A program made the translations under genes and the position numbers. Positions 59,481 to 64,000 of a stretch of 64,000 nucleotides of DNA are shown one piece after another. Every line of letters begins with the position of its first letter. Positions within the stretch are counted from its first letter, which is position 1. Below the pieces are notes generated by a model. The model was given only the letters and a program-made list of their open reading frames with translations. It was not told where the DNA came from and did not search any database. Source of the stretch: Macrostomum lignano (taxonomy: Eukaryota); the NCBI GenBank assembly GCA_002269645.1, contig NIVC01000629.1, forward strand, positions 372,001 to 436,000. The letters are read 5' to 3'.

Positions 59481-60180
59481 TCACGGTCACGGTCGCACAG
59501 TGACGCACAGTCATCAACAGCCTCATCCAGGCCAGGCGTCCCCAGCAGGCGTCAGCAATCTGGGTCAGGCAGGCCCCATCTCGCTACATCCGTCAACGCT
59601 CGCCACTTTCAGTCTCAATATTTTTGCCGATGATCCAGTTGAGAACTGGGATCTGATGAAGCAGCTCACCTGCTCTCCCCTTTCAGTATCATTTTACCTA
59701 TTAATTTAGGCAGCGCTATCTCGTTAGTTTATCAATAAGGAACTCAGGGAAGGCACTTTCGAGTCTTCCTGGAGAGAGGCCGAATGCTAATTACCGGATC
59801 CGGTCGTATATCGGCAAAGGGAAGCCTTCTTTTGAGCTGATGAAAGTAGAAATTTCGGGACGCTGCGGCTCGTGATGAAGCGCACTCATATCAGACAGTC
59901 ATATCAATGCTGAGATGCATTTGTTAGTCAGCTCGTATTTATTTGTCTCAAATTTTCAGATTTATAAATTATTTATTTAAAAGCCTTTATAAAATCACGG
60001 AAAATTTGTCATTTTGTGAAATGAGTCAGTACACTGGCGTGAGGTATTCACAAGCACATAATACTAGAAGTTAATGTTGAACCTGCCAAATATTTTTACA
60101 TATTTTCACTGTGACAGCTGAAGTTTAAAGAAAAGGTACACCTAATCGAAGTGGTGCCGACAGACAGATAGACACTAAAA

Positions 60181-60672
<492 letters not shown>

Positions 60673-60769
60673 GCCGGACAACCGATTCCCGGAATATTTA
60701 CAGAGAAAAGTACACCGCGGACGCACTGTCACAGAGTGCAGCGCAGTCGCTGCCACGGTCGCAGCAGGT

Positions 60770-61390
60770 TCACCAGCAGGTGTCAAACACCTCCAGGCCC
60801 TTCATAATCTCCGGCGAGCCGCGACAGTAGCGCAGGAAGTCCTCGCAGGTCACGGCTCCCTTGCCGTCGGGGTCCATCAGCTGGAACACGTGGGCCGCGT
60901 GCTCCTGTACGCTTCGCGCTGAGTCAACCCGTCGGGCAGCCCGACTGCCCAGGAGGTCGTACACCGCGGCCAGGAACTGCCCGATCTCCTCCCGGCTCAG
61001 CGTGCCGTCCCTGTCGACGTCGTAGAGGCGGAAGATCCACGCCAGTTTGTCCTGCACGCCGCCCCTGGCCAGCTGGGACAGCCACATCACGTACTGGTGG
61101 AACGGCAGGGCCTGGCGCTTGTCAACGTCCAGCCAGTTGAAGACGATCCTGGCGAACGCAGCCGGATTGCCGAACGGGAACAGCTGGGCGAAGATGGCGG
61201 TCACGTGCTCCTCGCGAACCACGCCGCTCGGGCAGTCCTGCTTGAAGCCGCGGTAGAGCAGGCGCAGCTCTCGCTCGGTGAACTTTGACCTCTGCGCCAG
61301 CAGTTTGATTGGCGGCGGCTTGTACCTGCCGCTCAGAGCCGTTGAGGCGTCCACGGAAGCAGTAGGCGCGTTCTGCTGCTGCCAATCCAT
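60770..61390 (-). CDS. KCNIP: KChIP/DREAM-family neuronal calcium sensor (EF-hand), single coding exon; the ORF extends to 61462 but MDWQQQ at 61390 or an upstream spliced leader/exon is the likelier start
   Basis: SKFTERELRLLYRGFKQDCPSG (KChIP EF1 signature), DKLAWIFRLYDVDRDGTLSREE (canonical EF3), HVFQLMDPDGKGAVTCEDF (EF4). No N-terminal myristoylation Gly. Acceptor-like tttctgcagtttccag lies just upstream of the second ATG. Confidence 0.92.
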   Translation of the reverse strand: MDWQQQNAPTASVDASTALSGRYKPPPIKLLAQRSKFTERELRLLYRGFKQDCPSGVVREEHVTAIFAQLFPFGNPAAFARIVFNWLDVDKRQALPFHQYVMWLSQLARGGVQDKLAWIFRLYDVDRDGTLSREEIGQFLAAVYDLLGSRAARRVDSARSVQEHAAHVFQLMDPDGKGAVTCEDFLRYCRGSPEIMKGLEVFDTCW

Positions 61391-61805
61391 CGCTTTTGCC
61401 GTCTGCTTCTTGAAGAGTTTTTCTGTTCCTGGAAACTGCAGAAACCGCGAGAAACAATGCAATGTTTAGTCGGGGAGGAGTGCCCGAGATTGGCCAGAGG
61501 ATAAGGATAAGCTGATAAGCTGAAAAGGAATGTGGCTTCTATTTTTAGGAAGAATTTCTAGAATAGAGCTGGCAGATTGGCTGAAGTGTCGCCGAGAAGA
61601 GGTGCTCAAATTCTTCTTGAAGATTGCTATTGCCAGCAGTCAGGGGTGTCGTACAGAAGAAATTTCTTAGTTTGAACTTCCACTTCTGGGCTCCAGTTCA
61701 GGCGATCGATGCGTTCCCAGCCAATGCAGAGTCGCTTCTGCAGTGCCTGTCAGAGACAAAGCGCTTGAGAGGGGCGAGGCGGCAGCGCTTTATCTACATC
61801 TAACT

Positions 61806-62199
<394 letters not shown>

Positions 62200-62699
62200 C
62201 AGTTACGAATGTGAACTCCACGCGGTGTCACTAACCAGACCGGTAATTGTTATTCTGTCACTCTCTGGCCGACTGCAGCTTACGCAGTGAAGTTATTTAG
62301 CACTAGCAAGAACGGGAGGAGGAACTGGTAGTGGCTCTTGTCTGCCGCATTGATTATTGAAGCTGCGCAAGCGACAGGGGCAAATGGGAGCGAGGAGAGG
62401 CACTTATGGTAATCACTTCGACTCCCGAAAGCCAAATTTTCACCACCAAGTCTCAGCGCTGCATCACTTATCTATAACTTTCCTTCTCTCAGTCCGTAGT
62501 AAAAATCTGGAGTAGGAAAAGTTCGAACAAGGTCAATGCTTTAATGCTCTCAGGCCTGGGGTCAGCACTGCCTCCCAGGGAGCTTACCTATAACACAATT
62601 CTCTGATTATCAGGAATGATGGAATATAATTTATAATTGGTCTAAATTGTAATACATATCTATTAAATAGATTGCTAATCTGCCCAACATCACTGATGA

Positions 62700-63865
62700 A
62701 GGAATAGAATGGATTGCTAATCTTGCTAACATCACCTTTGGTGAAGGAATAGAATGGATTGCTAATCTAGCTAACATCACCTTTGGTGAAGAAATATAAT
62801 GGATTGCTAATCTAGCTAACATCACCTTTGGTGAAGAAATAGAATGGATTGCTAATCTAGCTAACATCACCTTTGGTGAAGGAATACAATGGGTTGCTAA
62901 TCTTGCTAACATCACCTTTAGTGAAGGAATACAATGGGTTGCTAATCTAGCTAACATTACCTTTGGTGAAGGAATAGAATGGATTGCTAATCTAGCTAAC
63001 ATCACATTTGGTGAAGGAATAGAATGGATTGCTAATCTAGCTAACATCACATTTGGTGAAGGAATAGAATGGATTGCTAATCTAGCTAACATCACCTTTA
63101 GTGAAGGAAAAATACAATGGGTTGCTAATCTTGCGAACATCACCTTTAGTGAAGGAATACAATGGGTTGCTAATCTTGCTAACATCACCTTTAGTGAAGG
63201 AATACAATGGGTTGCTAATCTAGCCAACATCACCTTTAGTGAAGGAATACAATGGATTGCTAATCTAGCTAACATTACCTTTGGTGAAGGAATAGAATGG
63301 ATTGCTAATCTAGCTAACATCACATTTGGTGAAGGAATAGAATGGATTGCTAATCTAGCTAACATCACATTTGGTGAAGGAATACAATGGATTGCTAATC
63401 TAGCTAACATCACCTTTAGTGAAGGAATACAATGGGTTGCTAATCTAGCTAACATCACCTAATTTGGTGAAGGAATAGAATGGATTGCTAATCTAGCCAA
63501 CATCACCTTTAGTGAAGGAATACAATGGATTGCTAATCTAGCTAACATTACCTTTGGTGAAGGAATAGAATGGATTGCTAATCTAGCTAACATCACATTT
63601 GGTGAAGGAATAGAATGGATTGCTAATCTAGCTAACATCACATTTGGTGAAGGAATACAATGGATTGCTAATCTAGCTAACATCACCTTTAGTGAAGGAA
63701 TACAATGGGTTGCTAATCTAGCTAACATCACCTAATTTGGTGAAGGAATAGAATGGATTGCTAATCTAGCCAACATCACCTTTAGTGAAGGAATACAATG
63801 GATTGCTAATCTAGCTAACATCACCTTTAGTGAAGGAATAGAATGGATTGCTAATCTAGCTAAGT
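62700..63865. repeat. 45-bp minisatellite, ~26 copies
   Basis: Unit gctaatctagctaacatcacctttrgtgaaggaatasaatggrtt; length divisible by 3 gives spurious ORFs. Confidence 0.96.
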
Positions 63866-64000
63866 AGGAATGAAGCAAAAATTTTTATTATGAAAGCGTA
63901 ACAAACTGTCTTCAACTATCGGTTTCAATTCAACAGTATTAGCGTGGCTTGGCATTATACACTACTTTCCAAGTAGTTGTTTCAGACCGTTCCAGTAAAT

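Noticed and set aside
59834-59862. Hammerhead-like CTGATGA...GAAA spacing
   Set aside because: No pairable stem II or flanking stems I/III could be identified.
62631-63731. VMLARLAIHSIPSPK repeat ORFs
   Set aside because: 45-bp array in frame by arithmetic, interrupted by stops; no evidence of coding.

Overview
Eukaryotic (metazoan) genomic DNA. GC-rich exons sit in AT-rich, extremely minisatellite-rich sequence, which resembles a free-living flatworm such as Macrostomum; the species is an inference, not verified. Five protein-coding genes can be reconstructed by hand: an intronless class A orphan peptide-type GPCR (+, 13395-14618); a five-exon Ca2+/calmodulin-dependent phosphodiesterase PDE1 (+, 19733-25108); an OTUD4/ALG13/Otu-like OTU-Tudor protein (-, ~31570-38259, first exon not found); an eight-exon RGS3-type C2 plus PH protein (-, 48636-54530); and a KChIP-family EF-hand calcium sensor with an intronless core (-, 60770-61390). 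Mobile DNA includes five decayed RTE-like LINE fragments, a tRNA-derived SINE, two hAT-like MITEs, a 284-bp insertion with a 10-bp target-site duplication, and a foldback-like element. About 30 tandem arrays are present, and most long ORFs in the supplied track are artefacts of them. The most striking pattern is that most long introns carry their own private minisatellite, and several arrays are amplified splice sites: 40-bp GT...AG units starting exactly at a donor, and 13 decoy acceptors each followed by an in-frame stop. One intronic array can be traced to the end of a small mobile element.
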